From Myxococcales bacterium (GTDB lineage: Bacteria > Myxococcota > Myxococcia > Myxococcales > 40CM-4-68-19): a DNA stretch of 64,000 nt. Numbering within the stretch: position 1 is the stretch's first letter; every line of letters begins with the position of its first letter. Below, in pieces: positions 29,738 to 39,743 of the stretch. The notes beneath the pieces are model-generated. The model was not told the DNA's origin. It saw only the letters and a program-made list of their open reading frames with translations, and made no database searches. Made by a program: the position numbers and the translations under genes. Location of the stretch: the NCBI GenBank assembly GCA_036518615.1, contig DATDMU010000273.1, forward strand, positions 751 through 64,750, in the 5' to 3' direction.

Positions 29738-31677
29738 GCACCGGGTACAGCACCGCGCTTCCGGCTGCGCTCGCGGGGCTGCTTGCCGCCTGCCATCTCA
29801 CCGCCCACGCCGTGCCCCCGGGGCTCGTCTCCATCGAGGTGCGCGCGCCGTCGCCGGTCCGGGCAGTCGAGGCCGCCGCCCCCGGGGCCAGCTCGTTGCG
29901 GCTGGAGACGGCGGGCGACGGCAGGTTTCGCGGGACGCTCGCCGTAGCGCCCGGCCCGCACGCGATTTCACTGCGCGCGCTGGACGGTGCGGGGGCGGCC
30001 ATCGCGCGGACCACGGCGAGGGTGCAGGTCGCTGCGGGCGATCCTGCGCAGATCGCGGCTGCCCTCGGGGACGATGGCGGCGCGTTCCGGATCCTGATCG
30101 CTTCGCGCACCTCGCTGGTGGCGGGCGGCGCTGCACGGCTGGAAGCGGGGCCGCCCCCGATCTCCTGGTCCGCGGCGCCTCCGGGCTGCGGCAGGTTTGC
30201 CGGCGAGCGCGCTCCCGCGACCGATTTCGAGGCCCTCCTGCCGGGACCGTGCACCGTGACCGCCGCGGCCCCGGGGAGGGCGGCTGGCAGTCTCGAGCTC
30301 GTCGTGCGCGCCCGCGGGCGCAGCGACGATTTCCCGCTACGGCCCGCGCCGGATGGACGGTTCCTGCTCACCCGCCGGGGGACGCCGTTCCTCGTCAAGG
30401 GCGAGGCGGCGTGGCTCGCCATCGCCAATCTCACCGCGGCGGAGCAGGAGGCCTATCTCGCCGACCGCAGCGCCAGGGGCTTCAACCTGGTGGAGGTGAT
30501 GCTGGTCAACCACGACTATACGCAGAGCCCCAACCCGGTGCCGCCGGCGAATCGGCTCGGCCAGCAGCCGTTCCTCCGTGCGGGCGAGCTGTCCACGCCG
30601 AACGACGCCTACTTCGATTCCGCGGCCGCGTTCGTCGATCGCGCGGCGGCGCACGGCATCGCGGTGCTGCTCGCCCCGCTCTACCTGGGATTCGACGGCG
30701 GCGTCGAAGGGTGGTGGGAGGCGCTGACCCGGCCATCGAACACCGAGGCGGTGGCATTCGCCTACGGGCGCTATCTCGGGAGCAGGCTGAAGGAGAAGAA
30801 GAACCTGATCTGGCTCGCCGGCGGCGACTTCGCCCCTCCTGCCGGATCGGAGGGAGAGAGGAGACTGTTCGAGCTGGTCCGCGGCATCAAGGAAGGCGGC
30901 GCCGCGCAGCCGTGGACGGGCCACTGGAACCTCCGCCACCAGGGCGGCAACTCCACCGACGAGCTGCTCTTCGCTCCGCTGATGGACCTGAACGGCGTCT
31001 ACCAGTACGCGAACGCCTGGAAGTACGCCTCGCGCGCGTACGACGCGGTCCCTCCGCGGCCCGCCTTCCTGCTCGAGAGCACCTACGAGCGGGAGCACGC
31101 GAATACGGATCTGCACCCCTTCCGCAAGGCCTGGTGGTGGGCCATGCTCTCGGGCGGCTCCGGCGTCCTCTGGGGAAACACCTTCCTCTGGATGTGCGAG
31201 AGCGCGCGGGGAACCTACCGGGCGACCTACGGCGCGGCGGACGGCACCGAGTCCTCCTGGTCCGCCGAGCTCGCCTCGCCGGGCACCTTCGAGGTCCTGC
31301 ACCTGCACGCCTTCTTCGAGGCCATTCCCTGGCAGCGCCTGGTCCCCGCCGGCCCGGCGGCGGGACGCCCGGAGCTGGTCAGCGACGGGCAGCGGGGAGG
31401 CGATGGCCACATCTCCAGCGCGGCCACGCGCGAGGGCGACCTGGTCGTCGCCTACCTTCCGCCGACGGGGACGCGGCCGCGCAGGTTCCAGCTCGACCTG
31501 TCCGGGCTGCGGCGCCCGGGGCGGCTGCGCTGGTTCGACCCCAGCACCGGCGAGTTCGTCGCCGCTCCGGCCCGGCTGCCCGCCGCGCGCGGCGTGGAGC
31601 TGGAGTCGCCAGGCAAGAACGGCTCCGGGGTCAATGACTGGGCCCTCGTCATCGACACCCCGGAGCCGCCGCGCTGA
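29722..31677 (+). CDS. DUF4038 / GH140-like glycoside hydrolase with a C-terminal collagenase-type putative binding domain
   Basis: GTPFLVKGEAAWLAIANLTAAEQEAYLADRSARGFNLVEVML matches the DUF4038 opening motif (G.TAW....L...E...YL..R...GFN). The C-terminal RLRWFDPSTGEF matches the DUF4038-associated domain. The N-terminal roughly 200 aa are Ig-like/unknown. Confidence 0.75.
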   Translation: MPAAPRTGYSTALPAALAGLLAACHLTAHAVPPGLVSIEVRAPSPVRAVEAAAPGASSLRLETAGDGRFRGTLAVAPGPHAISLRALDGAGAAIARTTARVQVAAGDPAQIAAALGDDGGAFRILIASRTSLVAGGAARLEAGPPPISWSAAPPGCGRFAGERAPATDFEALLPGPCTVTAAAPGRAAGSLELVVRARGRSDDFPLRPAPDGRFLLTRRGTPFLVKGEAAWLAIANLTAAEQEAYLADRSARGFNLVEVMLVNHDYTQSPNPVPPANRLGQQPFLRAGELSTPNDAYFDSAAAFVDRAAAHGIAVLLAPLYLGFDGGVEGWWEALTRPSNTEAVAFAYGRYLGSRLKEKKNLIWLAGGDFAPPAGSEGERRLFELVRGIKEGGAAQPWTGHWNLRHQGGNSTDELLFAPLMDLNGVYQYANAWKYASRAYDAVPPRPAFLLESTYEREHANTDLHPFRKAWWWAMLSGGSGVLWGNTFLWMCESARGTYRATYGAADGTESSWSAELASPGTFEVLHLHAFFEAIPWQRLVPAGPAAGRPELVSDGQRGGDGHISSAATREGDLVVAYLPPTGTRPRRFQLDLSGLRRPGRLRWFDPSTGEFVAAPARLPAARGVELESPGKNGSGVNDWALVIDTPEPPR

Positions 31678-31680
31678 ACC

Positions 31681-34600
31681 TCAGGGTTGCGCCAATGGCG
31701 TCCCGGCTTCCCAGCGCGCCTTGGCCGGCAGCGAGGAGCAGGTCCCGCCGCAACCGGCCGGGCCGGCCTGGATCTGTGGCGAGCCCGTCGGCGTCACCCA
31801 TGGCCAGGGATAGCCGCTGCCGGCGCTGAAGAACGCCGGCGTGGCCGGCAGATAAAAGGAGTTGGGGAGTGTGTGGTTCGACGTACCGGGGTCCCACTTT
31901 ACCGCGCCGCCGACGTAATCGTAGTTGCCGTGACGGAAGATGTAGGACCCGCTGACGCCGTTCAGGAAGGGATCCTGGCCGCCGGGGCCGTCATTCCAGC
32001 CCAGCATGAACATGCGCTTGCCGTTCCAGTCGCCCTCATAGGACCAGCCGTTCGCCGCAGTGGTTTGTCCGGCCAGTCCCAGAACGTTGCCGACGAACGC
32101 GAACCAATAATTGTATGCCGTCGGTCCGGCGGCGCGCAGAGGGGCAGGAGCGTTCGGGTATGGCTGTCCGACGGCGAAGCCCAGCCCGCTCGCATCGTTC
32201 ACCGCCTTGCCGTTGCTCGGGTCGTTGAACGGCGTGCGCAGCCCCGTGCCCTGGTTGCGGAAGATGGTGATGTAGTCGGAATTCCCATGGGTGTGATCGC
32301 TGTCCAGGTTGTCGCCCCAGTTCCCCTCGAACAGGACATGGTGCGGACCCGAATAGTGGCTGGCGTTGACGCCCATATCGACCCAGTAGTCGCCGATGCC
32401 GGACTGGGCGTCGTACATGGTGTCGTCCACGTAGTTGTATGAAACGACCGAGCCCGCTCCGCCCGCCCGCGCCACCATGCCCTTTCCGGCGAAGTTGGTG
32501 ATGCTGTTGGTCACCAGGAGCTCGGTCGAGGCGTTGTCGATGGCGATGGGATATTCGCCACCGTTATTGACGGAATCCCAGCAGTGGTGGACGTAGACGT
32601 TGTTCAGCTCGCTGCGTGCGGAATATTCGATGGTGATGCCGCCGCCGTACCAATTGCCCACCTCGACGTTGTGGACCCAGCAGTTGGCGCAAAATTCCAT
32701 TGTCAGACCGCCATTGACGGCGCGGAGCAGCGAAACATTTTCCACGCCTGCGTTCTGGAGAAACGAAATGGGCGTCCCGATTCCTGCTTGATTGTCGAAC
32801 AGACGGGCGTAGACCTGGGCGTTGTGACTTCCGCTCTGCCGGAACCCGACGGTGAGCGGATCGTCGAACGTGACGGTACAATTGACTCCGGGGCAGGGCC
32901 CGGCGCCGATGGAAGAGACGAGGTGCAGCTCTGCGGTCGGCCGATCACAGTAGGAATGCCAGCAGCCGGTAGAATTGGCCTGAAACGGGAATTCGGAAGG
33001 TCCAAAATCCCAGGTCTTGTTTTGAGCCTTGGACCACAGGATCCGCCCGGTCGCCGGACCGCCGGAGGAGCTGAGCCAATCCGAGGATGCCCATAGAGAT
33101 CCGTTTCCCGTCACCGAATTCAACGGATCGGCCACCCAGCCGGCGCCCGACGCTTCATCGATCAGGACCCATTGGCCGACCGCAAAATTGCTCGTGCTAT
33201 GAACCTGGATCTTCGTTTGCCCCTGCAGGGCGTCGGCATCCAACGGGGTGGCGCCGCATCCGGTGCCGACCGCCCCGCCCACGTTGCCGCATTGCGACCA
33301 ACTGTAGTTATACCCGGGCGAGACAGGGGCTACCAGGACGACCGGGGGCCCGCCGTTCGGGCAGGTCACTTGATGAGCGGAATCGGTGCCGCACCTCCCG
33401 CCCGTATAGGCGAGAGCGCCGTCGGACACGGTGATCGAGGTCTGGCAGTACGGCGAAGCGGAGCCGCTGCAGTTGCCCGTTCCGCGCAACACGATCCCCG
33501 TTGGAATCCGGATCGGCAGGTCGGCGATCTTGACGGTAAAGGCGCCTGCTCCGAGTTGCACCACCTGCCCTGCCGGGCAGGCGTTGATCGCATTCTGGAT
33601 GTTCGTGAAATCGTCCAGCCCGCCGCCACGCGGATTGACGGTCGCGCAAACCGTCGTGCGGTTGGGGATGCCGCCCACCGAGAGCAGTCCGGCACGGCGC
33701 CAGTTTTCAAAAGCGTCGTTATACGCGGGAAGCACGCCGACCGTCGGGTCGGCCACGGCGGTCGCGGTCACGGTCACGGTGGCGGTTGCGCTCCTGGATG
33801 TATCCGCTACGCTCGTCGCCACCACGTGGAAGGTCCCGGCGATCTGCGGCGCGGTGTACGTTCCGTCCGCCGCGACGGTGCCGCCGCCGGCCTCCCGCAC
33901 CGACCAGGTGACGCGCGTATCGGTGGCGTTGGCCACGGTGGCGGTGAAGAGTTGCTGCGCTCCTGCCTGCAGCGCAGCCGACGCCGGCGCCACCGCGACG
34001 GACACCGGCTGCGTGACCGTCACCGTGGCCGTGGCGGTGGCGATATGTCCCGCGCCGTCGTTGACGCTGAGCGTATAGGTCGTGGTGGCGGCCGGCCTGA
34101 CGGTCGCCGTGGCGCCGCTGGCCAGCGCGCCCACTGCCTGGTCCACGGTGCCGGTGCCTCCGGTGTACGTCGCGGCGAGGGTGTCGCTGCCGCCGGCGAC
34201 GATGCTCGCGGGAGAGGCGGTGAAGCTCTGGATCGCGGGCAGCGGCACCACGGTCACCTTCACCGAGCTCGTGGCGACGTGGCCCGCGCCGTCCGCGACG
34301 GTGAGGGTATAGGTCGTCGTCGCCGCGGGCGTCACGCGCACGCTGGCGCCGCTGGCGATCGCGCCCACGCCGTTGTCGATGGTGCCCGTGCCGCCCGAGT
34401 AGAGCGCGCTGAGGGTGGAGCTGCCGCCCGCGCTGACCGAGGTGGGGCTCGCGCTGAACGACTGGATCGCCGGCAGCGAGGCCGCGCTCACCGCCACGGT
34501 GACGGAGGCCGCCGCCGTCCGGCCCGTGGAGCTCGTCACCGTCAGCGTATACGTGGTCGTCGCCGCCGGGCTGACCGCCACCGTGGCGCCGCTCGCGATG

Positions 34601-36021
34601 GGTCCGACGCCGTTGTCGATGCTGCCCGAGCCGCCGCTGTACGTCGCCGAGAGCGTCGAGCTGCCGCCTGCGGCGATGCTGGCGGGGCTCGCGGTGAATC
34701 CCTGGATCGCGGGCAGCGGCACGACGGTCACCGTCACCGAGCTGGTCGCGACGTGACCCGCGCCGTCGTTGACGCTGAGGGTGTACGTGGTGGTCGCGGC
34801 GGGCGAGACGCTGACGGTGGCGCCGCTGGCGATGGCGCCGACGCCGTTGTCGATGCTGCCGGCGCCGCCGCTGTACACCGCCGAAAGCGTCGAGCTGCCA
34901 CCCGCGTCGATGGTCGCCGGGCTGGCGGAGAAGGTCTGGATGGCGGGCGGCGGCGGCGGCGGCGCCGAAACCGTCACCGTCACGGAGCTCTTCGCCGTCT
35001 GGCCGTTGGGGCCCGTCACCGTCAGCGTGTACGTCGTGGTCGCGGCGGGAGAAACGCTGACGCTGCCGCCGCTGGCGATGGCGCCGACGCCGTTGTCGAT
35101 CGACCCGGCGCCTCCGCCGTAGCTGGCCGAGAGCGTGGCGCTGCCGCCGGCGGTGATGCTGGCCGGATTCGCCGCGAAGGCCTGGATGACCGGTGCGGCC
35201 GCCTCCGGCAGGATGACGATCTCGTCCACTTCCATCTTGGCGAGGGTCTTCCCCAGCGCCTCTTTCAAGGCGACGCGATCGAACGTCGTTCCGGCTGCCT
35301 GCAGCGCGGCGAGCGGAACGCTGCAGTGGGTGAAGGCGTTGGTCGGGATCACGCCGCCCGCGCAGAAGCGCGAGACGCCGACCTCCGGTCCCCACACGCC
35401 GGCGGTCTGGACGATGGCGTTGATCGACGGCGCCACGTTCGAACCGCCGTTGACGTCGAATTCGAGCGTGCCGGCGCCCATCCCGGCAACGCCGCCGGGC
35501 AGCTCGAACGAGAGGCCGGTGAACGGCCCGTAGAAGACGCCGATCGAGCGCGTTCCGGTGGCGACGGGGAAGGTGTTGGAGAGCGTGTCCCTGACCCAGG
35601 ACCAGTCCTGCCATCCGCCGCCGGGCGCGTCGTCGTAGACCAGCACCGCGCCGGCGGGAAGCGCGGGAGGAGGAAGCGTGACCTGCACGGTCGCGGTGGC
35701 GGAGGCGGTGCCGTCGGCAACGCTCGTCGCGATCGCGTGGAAGATGCCCGTCGAGGGCGGCGCCAGGTACGTGCCGTCGACCTGGATGGAGCCGCCGTTG
35801 CTCTCTTTCACCGACCAGGTGACGGCGGTGTTGGTGGTGTTCGTGACCGTGGCGTGGAAGACCTTCGAGGTGCCGACCACGACGGCTGTCCGCGACGGCG
35901 TGATCGACACCTTGATCGCGGACGTCGTCAGCGCGCCTGCGACGCTGCTGTCCGCGCTGGAGCCGCACGCGGCCGCGCCCACCAACGCTGCCAGAACGAC
36001 GGGATGGATCCGGAATGCCAT
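31681..36021 (-). CDS. Large secreted lipoprotein (1446 aa): two Big_2-like domains, a CBM-like region, five tandem Ig-like repeats and a C-terminal right-handed beta-helix (pectate-lyase-fold glycanase-like) domain
   Basis: Lipobox LVGAAAC; Big_2-like VTWSVKESNGGSIQVDGTYLAP and VTWSVREAGGGTVAADGTYTAP; five repeats of about 79 aa. The C-terminal half has a beta-helix-like periodicity (NVSLLRA.., NCWVHNVEV.., NNVYVHHC.., LLVTNSITN..). Confidence 0.85.
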   Translation of the reverse strand: MAFRIHPVVLAALVGAAACGSSADSSVAGALTTSAIKVSITPSRTAVVVGTSKVFHATVTNTTNTAVTWSVKESNGGSIQVDGTYLAPPSTGIFHAIATSVADGTASATATVQVTLPPPALPAGAVLVYDDAPGGGWQDWSWVRDTLSNTFPVATGTRSIGVFYGPFTGLSFELPGGVAGMGAGTLEFDVNGGSNVAPSINAIVQTAGVWGPEVGVSRFCAGGVIPTNAFTHCSVPLAALQAAGTTFDRVALKEALGKTLAKMEVDEIVILPEAAAPVIQAFAANPASITAGGSATLSASYGGGAGSIDNGVGAIASGGSVSVSPAATTTYTLTVTGPNGQTAKSSVTVTVSAPPPPPPAIQTFSASPATIDAGGSSTLSAVYSGGAGSIDNGVGAIASGATVSVSPAATTTYTLSVNDGAGHVATSSVTVTVVPLPAIQGFTASPASIAAGGSSTLSATYSGGSGSIDNGVGPIASGATVAVSPAATTTYTLTVTSSTGRTAAASVTVAVSAASLPAIQSFSASPTSVSAGGSSTLSALYSGGTGTIDNGVGAIASGASVRVTPAATTTYTLTVADGAGHVATSSVKVTVVPLPAIQSFTASPASIVAGGSDTLAATYTGGTGTVDQAVGALASGATATVRPAATTTYTLSVNDGAGHIATATATVTVTQPVSVAVAPASAALQAGAQQLFTATVANATDTRVTWSVREAGGGTVAADGTYTAPQIAGTFHVVATSVADTSRSATATVTVTATAVADPTVGVLPAYNDAFENWRRAGLLSVGGIPNRTTVCATVNPRGGGLDDFTNIQNAINACPAGQVVQLGAGAFTVKIADLPIRIPTGIVLRGTGNCSGSASPYCQTSITVSDGALAYTGGRCGTDSAHQVTCPNGGPPVVLVAPVSPGYNYSWSQCGNVGGAVGTGCGATPLDADALQGQTKIQVHSTSNFAVGQWVLIDEASGAGWVADPLNSVTGNGSLWASSDWLSSSGGPATGRILWSKAQNKTWDFGPSEFPFQANSTGCWHSYCDRPTAELHLVSSIGAGPCPGVNCTVTFDDPLTVGFRQSGSHNAQVYARLFDNQAGIGTPISFLQNAGVENVSLLRAVNGGLTMEFCANCWVHNVEVGNWYGGGITIEYSARSELNNVYVHHCWDSVNNGGEYPIAIDNASTELLVTNSITNFAGKGMVARAGGAGSVVSYNYVDDTMYDAQSGIGDYWVDMGVNASHYSGPHHVLFEGNWGDNLDSDHTHGNSDYITIFRNQGTGLRTPFNDPSNGKAVNDASGLGFAVGQPYPNAPAPLRAAGPTAYNYWFAFVGNVLGLAGQTTAANGWSYEGDWNGKRMFMLGWNDGPGGQDPFLNGVSGSYIFRHGNYDYVGGAVKWDPGTSNHTLPNSFYLPATPAFFSAGSGYPWPWVTPTGSPQIQAGPAGCGGTCSSLPAKARWEAGTPLAQP
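34009..35193 (-). repeat. Five tandem coding repeats of about 237-243 bp (about 79 aa Ig-like modules) inside the large lipoprotein gene
   Basis: Repeat consensus: AIQ.F.ASPASI.AGGSSTLSA.YSGG.GSIDNGVGAIASGATV.VSPAATTTYTLTV.DGAGHVATSSVTVTV.PLP, spanning residues about 277-671. Copies 2, 4 and 5 are the most similar to each other. Confidence 0.85.
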
Positions 36022-36328
36022 TCGAAAGCTCCTTGCCGCCGCGCGATCGCTCGAAGTGAGCGCCGGCGGGCAAGGGAAGCTGGGAGACGCGGATCACACC
36101 GACAACCGTGGGAAATTCGCTTCTGTGGTCGGAGGTGGGGCGCGGCCCCGCATGTGGACCTGGAAAATGCCAGGGCGGCACGAGTGCACGCTCCGCGCGC
36201 GGTCCGCGCCCGTTGAAAAACTCAGCAGGGACGCAGCTGCAAAATTCCGTCAGACCGCAATGAGACTTTAGTCGGATCTGGTTGATGATCTGACAGGAAA
36301 TCAGGAATGATACGCAGCGGGGGCGCGG

Positions 36329-37348
36329 TCACCCCTGGGCGCTCCTCAGCCCGGCGGCCGGAGCGGGCGGGGCCGCCGCGGCGAAAGTCCGGTCGAGGCA
36401 CGCGGCGAAGTCGAGGGGCGGCTTCCAGCCGAGCAGGTCGTGCGCGCGCTTGTACGAGTAGCGCAGCGGCTTGAGGCGCGACTCGAATCTGCAGGGCACC
36501 AGCAGGTGCGGCAGCTTGAGATTGCGCCGGAACACGGTGGCAAAGGCGGCGCTGATGATGCCGTACGCGAGGCGCCAGGGAATCGGGATCCGCACTCCGC
36601 GCTGCCCCGTGCGGCGCAGGTAGGTGCCGAGATAGCTCCAGACCCGCTCGCCCTCGTTGTCGACCACGTTGAAGGTCTCCCCCCGCGCCGCGGGGTGCTC
36701 GACCGCGAGCGCGAAGAGGTCGGCGCAGTTCTCCACGTGGGTGAAGGGAACGAGCAGCGTGGGGCCGAACACCAGGTGCACCTTTCCCACCTTCTGGCCC
36801 AGCGCCGCGACGTAGGCGTGATCGGTGCCCCAGATGAAACCGGGGCGCAGCACGGTGAGGTCCCAGCCGTGCTCCTTCGCGAACCTCCTCGTGATCTTCT
36901 CCTGCCAGGACTTGGCGATGGAGTAGCCGTCGCGCTCGTAGAGGTCGGGGGCCGCCTCCAGCGGCGAGCTCTCGTCGAGGGTGCCGTGGATGTTGCTCCA
37001 GTCGTACACCGAGAAGCTGCTCGCCAGCACCAGCCGGCGGCACTGCGTCCTCGCCATCGCCGAAAGGAGCCGCTCGGTGCCGGTGACGGTGGCGGCGAAC
37101 TGCGCGTCCTCGCCCCCGCTGACGGAGGCGGCCAGGTGCACGAGCACCTCGACGCCGTCGAAGAAGGAGGCGAGCTCGCGGGTGGACCTCAGGTCGGCGC
37201 GCACCACTTCCACCTCCGCCGGCCAGCGCAACTCCGCGATGCGCGCCGCGGGCCGCACCATGGCGCGCACGCGATGCCCGCGGGCGAGCAGCGCGCTCAC
37301 CACGTGACGTCCGAGGAAGCCGTTGGCACCGGTGACGAGCACGTTCAT
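36329..37348 (-). CDS. NAD-dependent epimerase/dehydratase family protein (extended SDR)
   Basis: MNVLVTGANGFLGRHVV Rossmann motif and a YSIAK catalytic YxxxK. The ATG at 37348 overlaps the upstream stop (ATGA). Confidence 0.85.
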   Translation of the reverse strand: MNVLVTGANGFLGRHVVSALLARGHRVRAMVRPAARIAELRWPAEVEVVRADLRSTRELASFFDGVEVLVHLAASVSGGEDAQFAATVTGTERLLSAMARTQCRRLVLASSFSVYDWSNIHGTLDESSPLEAAPDLYERDGYSIAKSWQEKITRRFAKEHGWDLTVLRPGFIWGTDHAYVAALGQKVGKVHLVFGPTLLVPFTHVENCADLFALAVEHPAARGETFNVVDNEGERVWSYLGTYLRRTGQRGVRIPIPWRLAYGIISAAFATVFRRNLKLPHLLVPCRFESRLKPLRYSYKRAHDLLGWKPPLDFAACLDRTFAAAAPPAPAAGLRSAQG

Positions 37349-38388
37349 GATGCGGCCTTTCGCGGCTTGAGGTCGTCGACCAGGCGGTTCACCTCCGCCA
37401 CCTGCTCTGCGGAGATGGGCAAAGGCGTCCCCTGGGAGAGGCCGCGGTAGGTGCGGCCGAGCAGCTCGAAGAGGCCCTCGTACGCGCCGGGGCCGCCGCG
37501 GAACTTGCGCATCAGGGTTCCGATGGCGGCGCGGCGGATGGCCTTGCCTTCCTCGAGCCCGTTGAAGAAGGGGCGCAGAGGCTTGGGTCCGGGGCGCGGA
37601 CCGTCGAAGGTGACCCGGGTCTCGAAGAGGTTGGCGGTGGCCTGCATCCGCTCCCCGTAGACGCGCAGCCAGAACGCGTCCGGCTGCGAGCTGGCGCTGA
37701 AGCCCAGCGCGGCGGTGCCGGTGGTGCCCTCCACCACCGCGCGGAACTCGTCGTAGGGCAGCACGGCGGTCTTCCGCCGCGTCCAGATCGAATGGGCCTG
37801 CTTGTGCGGGCCGACGAAGCGGTGCGCGAGCGAGGCGAGGTGCGGCAGGAAGTCGGCGATGGCGCCTCCCGCCAGGTTCAGGCAGGGGTGCGGCGAGTTG
37901 GGGTCGGAGAACCCTTCCGGCCCGAGGATATCGAGGCAGATGAGCACCTCGACGTGGACCACCGCGCCGAAGTCGCCCGATTCGATCCGGCGCAGGATCT
38001 CGGTGGTCGCAGAGTTGAAGAGGTAGTTGTAGTCCTCGACGAGCGCGCGCCCCCGCTCGCGCGCCTGGGTGGAGAGCTCGAGCAGCTCGGCGAGCGTGAC
38101 GGTGGCCGGCTTCTCCACCACCACGTGCGCCCCGGCGGCGAGCGCGTCGAGCGCGAGGCGATGGTGGGAGGTGGGCGGGGTGGTGACGTGCACCACGTCC
38201 GGCTTCACCTCGCGCAGCATCGCCGCGTGATCGGTGAACCAGGAGGTCACCCCGTAGCGCTCGGCAGCGCATTCGGCGACCGCCGCGGAGAGGTCGCAGA
38301 CGCCGGCGAGCTCCACCCCGGGAAGCTGCCGCAGGCAGGCGAGGTGCTGGCGCGCGATCTGCCCCGCCCCGATCAGCGCCGCCTTCAT
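37345..38388 (-). CDS. Gfo/Idh/MocA family oxidoreductase
   Basis: MKAALIGAGQIARQHLACL... and the VVVEKP motif. The ATG at 38388 overlaps the upstream glycosyltransferase stop (ATGA). Confidence 0.85.
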   Translation of the reverse strand: MKAALIGAGQIARQHLACLRQLPGVELAGVCDLSAAVAECAAERYGVTSWFTDHAAMLREVKPDVVHVTTPPTSHHRLALDALAAGAHVVVEKPATVTLAELLELSTQARERGRALVEDYNYLFNSATTEILRRIESGDFGAVVHVEVLICLDILGPEGFSDPNSPHPCLNLAGGAIADFLPHLASLAHRFVGPHKQAHSIWTRRKTAVLPYDEFRAVVEGTTGTAALGFSASSQPDAFWLRVYGERMQATANLFETRVTFDGPRPGPKPLRPFFNGLEEGKAIRRAAIGTLMRKFRGGPGAYEGLFELLGRTYRGLSQGTPLPISAEQVAEVNRLVDDLKPRKAAS

Positions 38389-39629
38389 GCGGCCCTCGCG
38401 GTCTGCATCAGGTCGCGGGCAAAGCGCTCCAGGGCGTCGGCCGCCCCGCTCCACGAGTAACGCTCCACCGCCAGCTTGCGGCCGGCCTGCCCCATCCGCG
38501 CCGCCAGCGCGGGATCGCCGAGCAACTTCAACACCGCGCCGGCGAAGGCCGCCGGCTGGTCCTCGATGAGGATGTCCCGGCCCGGAACCGCGTCGATGCC
38601 TTCCGCGCCCAGGCTGGTGGAAACGATCGCCTTCGACATCGCCATGCCCTCCACGATCTTGAGCCGCGTCCCGCCGCCGATGCGCAGCGGCACGACCAGC
38701 GCGGCCGCCGACGCGAGGTGGGGCCGCAGGTCCTCCACGAATCCGGTCATCTCCACCCGCGGCCCGGCATGCTGCAGCACCTCGCGCGGGGCGCGCCCGC
38801 CGATGACCTTGAGCCGCGCGTCGGGCCGGGCCGCCGCGATGGCCGGCCAGATCTCGCGCAGGAAGAAGAGGATGCCGTCGATGTTGGGCCAGGTGGAGAG
38901 CAGGCCGAAGAAGACCAGCGTCCTGCCGTCCGGGGGAGGATCGCCGGGGCGCGGCTTGTAGAACTCCACGTCGGCAGCGTTGGGGATGACCACGGTGCGC
39001 GCCGAAGGCACCTCCGCGCGGACGCGGTCGGCGTCGGCGGCGCTGCAAGTCAAGACGCCGTCCGCGGCGCCGTACGCGGCCAGCTCCTCGCGCCGGAGCT
39101 TGCGCCAGTCCAGCCCGGCGTAGAGGCGCCGCAGCGCGCCTCCGCTGCGCGAGAACTGGCGGACCATGTCGTAGGCGATCTCGTGGGAATCGACCACCAC
39201 CAGGGGCGGCCGCGTGCCGGGCGGCGACTGCCGGACGTTGCAGTGGCCCAGGTAGGGGAACTCGACGTCCACCAGGTCGAAGCGCTCGCGGCGCAAGAGC
39301 GAGTCGAGCGCCGGCTGCAGCGCGGCCACCGAGTAGAGGTGCCGCTCGAAGCTCCGGGTGGAGGCCACCGAGCGAAGCTGCAGGACGCGCTTGGCCATTC
39401 CCGCCGCGCCGCGCGGATTGCGCAGGAGCACCACCTCGCTGCAGTACGCCTGCATCGCCCGCCTGCAGTCCTCGAGATCGAAGCTGTCGTCCACCAGGGC
39501 GACGGCGGTCAGCTCGTTGTGCCGCGCGAGGTTGGTGTAGAGACCGTGCATGCGCGCCTGCGCCCCGAAGCGCGGCGGGCTGGGCGGCATCTGCGAGACG
39601 CAGAGGATCTTCAGGCGCTCTGCACTCAT
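38385..39629 (-). CDS. Glycosyltransferase family 4 (GT-B, Glycos_transf_1)
   Basis: LKILCVSQMPPSPPRFGAQARMHGL, and the C-terminal pattern VVPLRIGGGTRLKIVEGMAMSKAIVSTSLGAEGI (EX7E-type region). The start was trimmed to the ATG at 39629. Confidence 0.9.
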   Translation of the reverse strand: MSAERLKILCVSQMPPSPPRFGAQARMHGLYTNLARHNELTAVALVDDSFDLEDCRRAMQAYCSEVVLLRNPRGAAGMAKRVLQLRSVASTRSFERHLYSVAALQPALDSLLRRERFDLVDVEFPYLGHCNVRQSPPGTRPPLVVVDSHEIAYDMVRQFSRSGGALRRLYAGLDWRKLRREELAAYGAADGVLTCSAADADRVRAEVPSARTVVIPNAADVEFYKPRPGDPPPDGRTLVFFGLLSTWPNIDGILFFLREIWPAIAAARPDARLKVIGGRAPREVLQHAGPRVEMTGFVEDLRPHLASAAALVVPLRIGGGTRLKIVEGMAMSKAIVSTSLGAEGIDAVPGRDILIEDQPAAFAGAVLKLLGDPALAARMGQAGRKLAVERYSWSGAADALERFARDLMQTARAA

Positions 39630-39743
39630 CGGCGTTCCGCTGGGGGGCTCTTCTACCACAGGATCGCCCGCGCTCCGGCCGATCTGATCTTGCGTGACCC
39701 CGCCCGACCGGTGTGGTTTGTTGCCGCGGCTTGGGGGGAACTG

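Noticed and set aside
36200-36329. An AT-rich segment with a GATCTG direct repeat and a GTCAGA/TCTGAC inverted repeat upstream of the large lipoprotein gene, as a defined operator.
   Set aside because: - The repeats are only 6 bp and could arise by chance.
- The region is most simply the promoter/5' UTR of the 31681..36021 gene.
- The signal is too weak to report as a feature.
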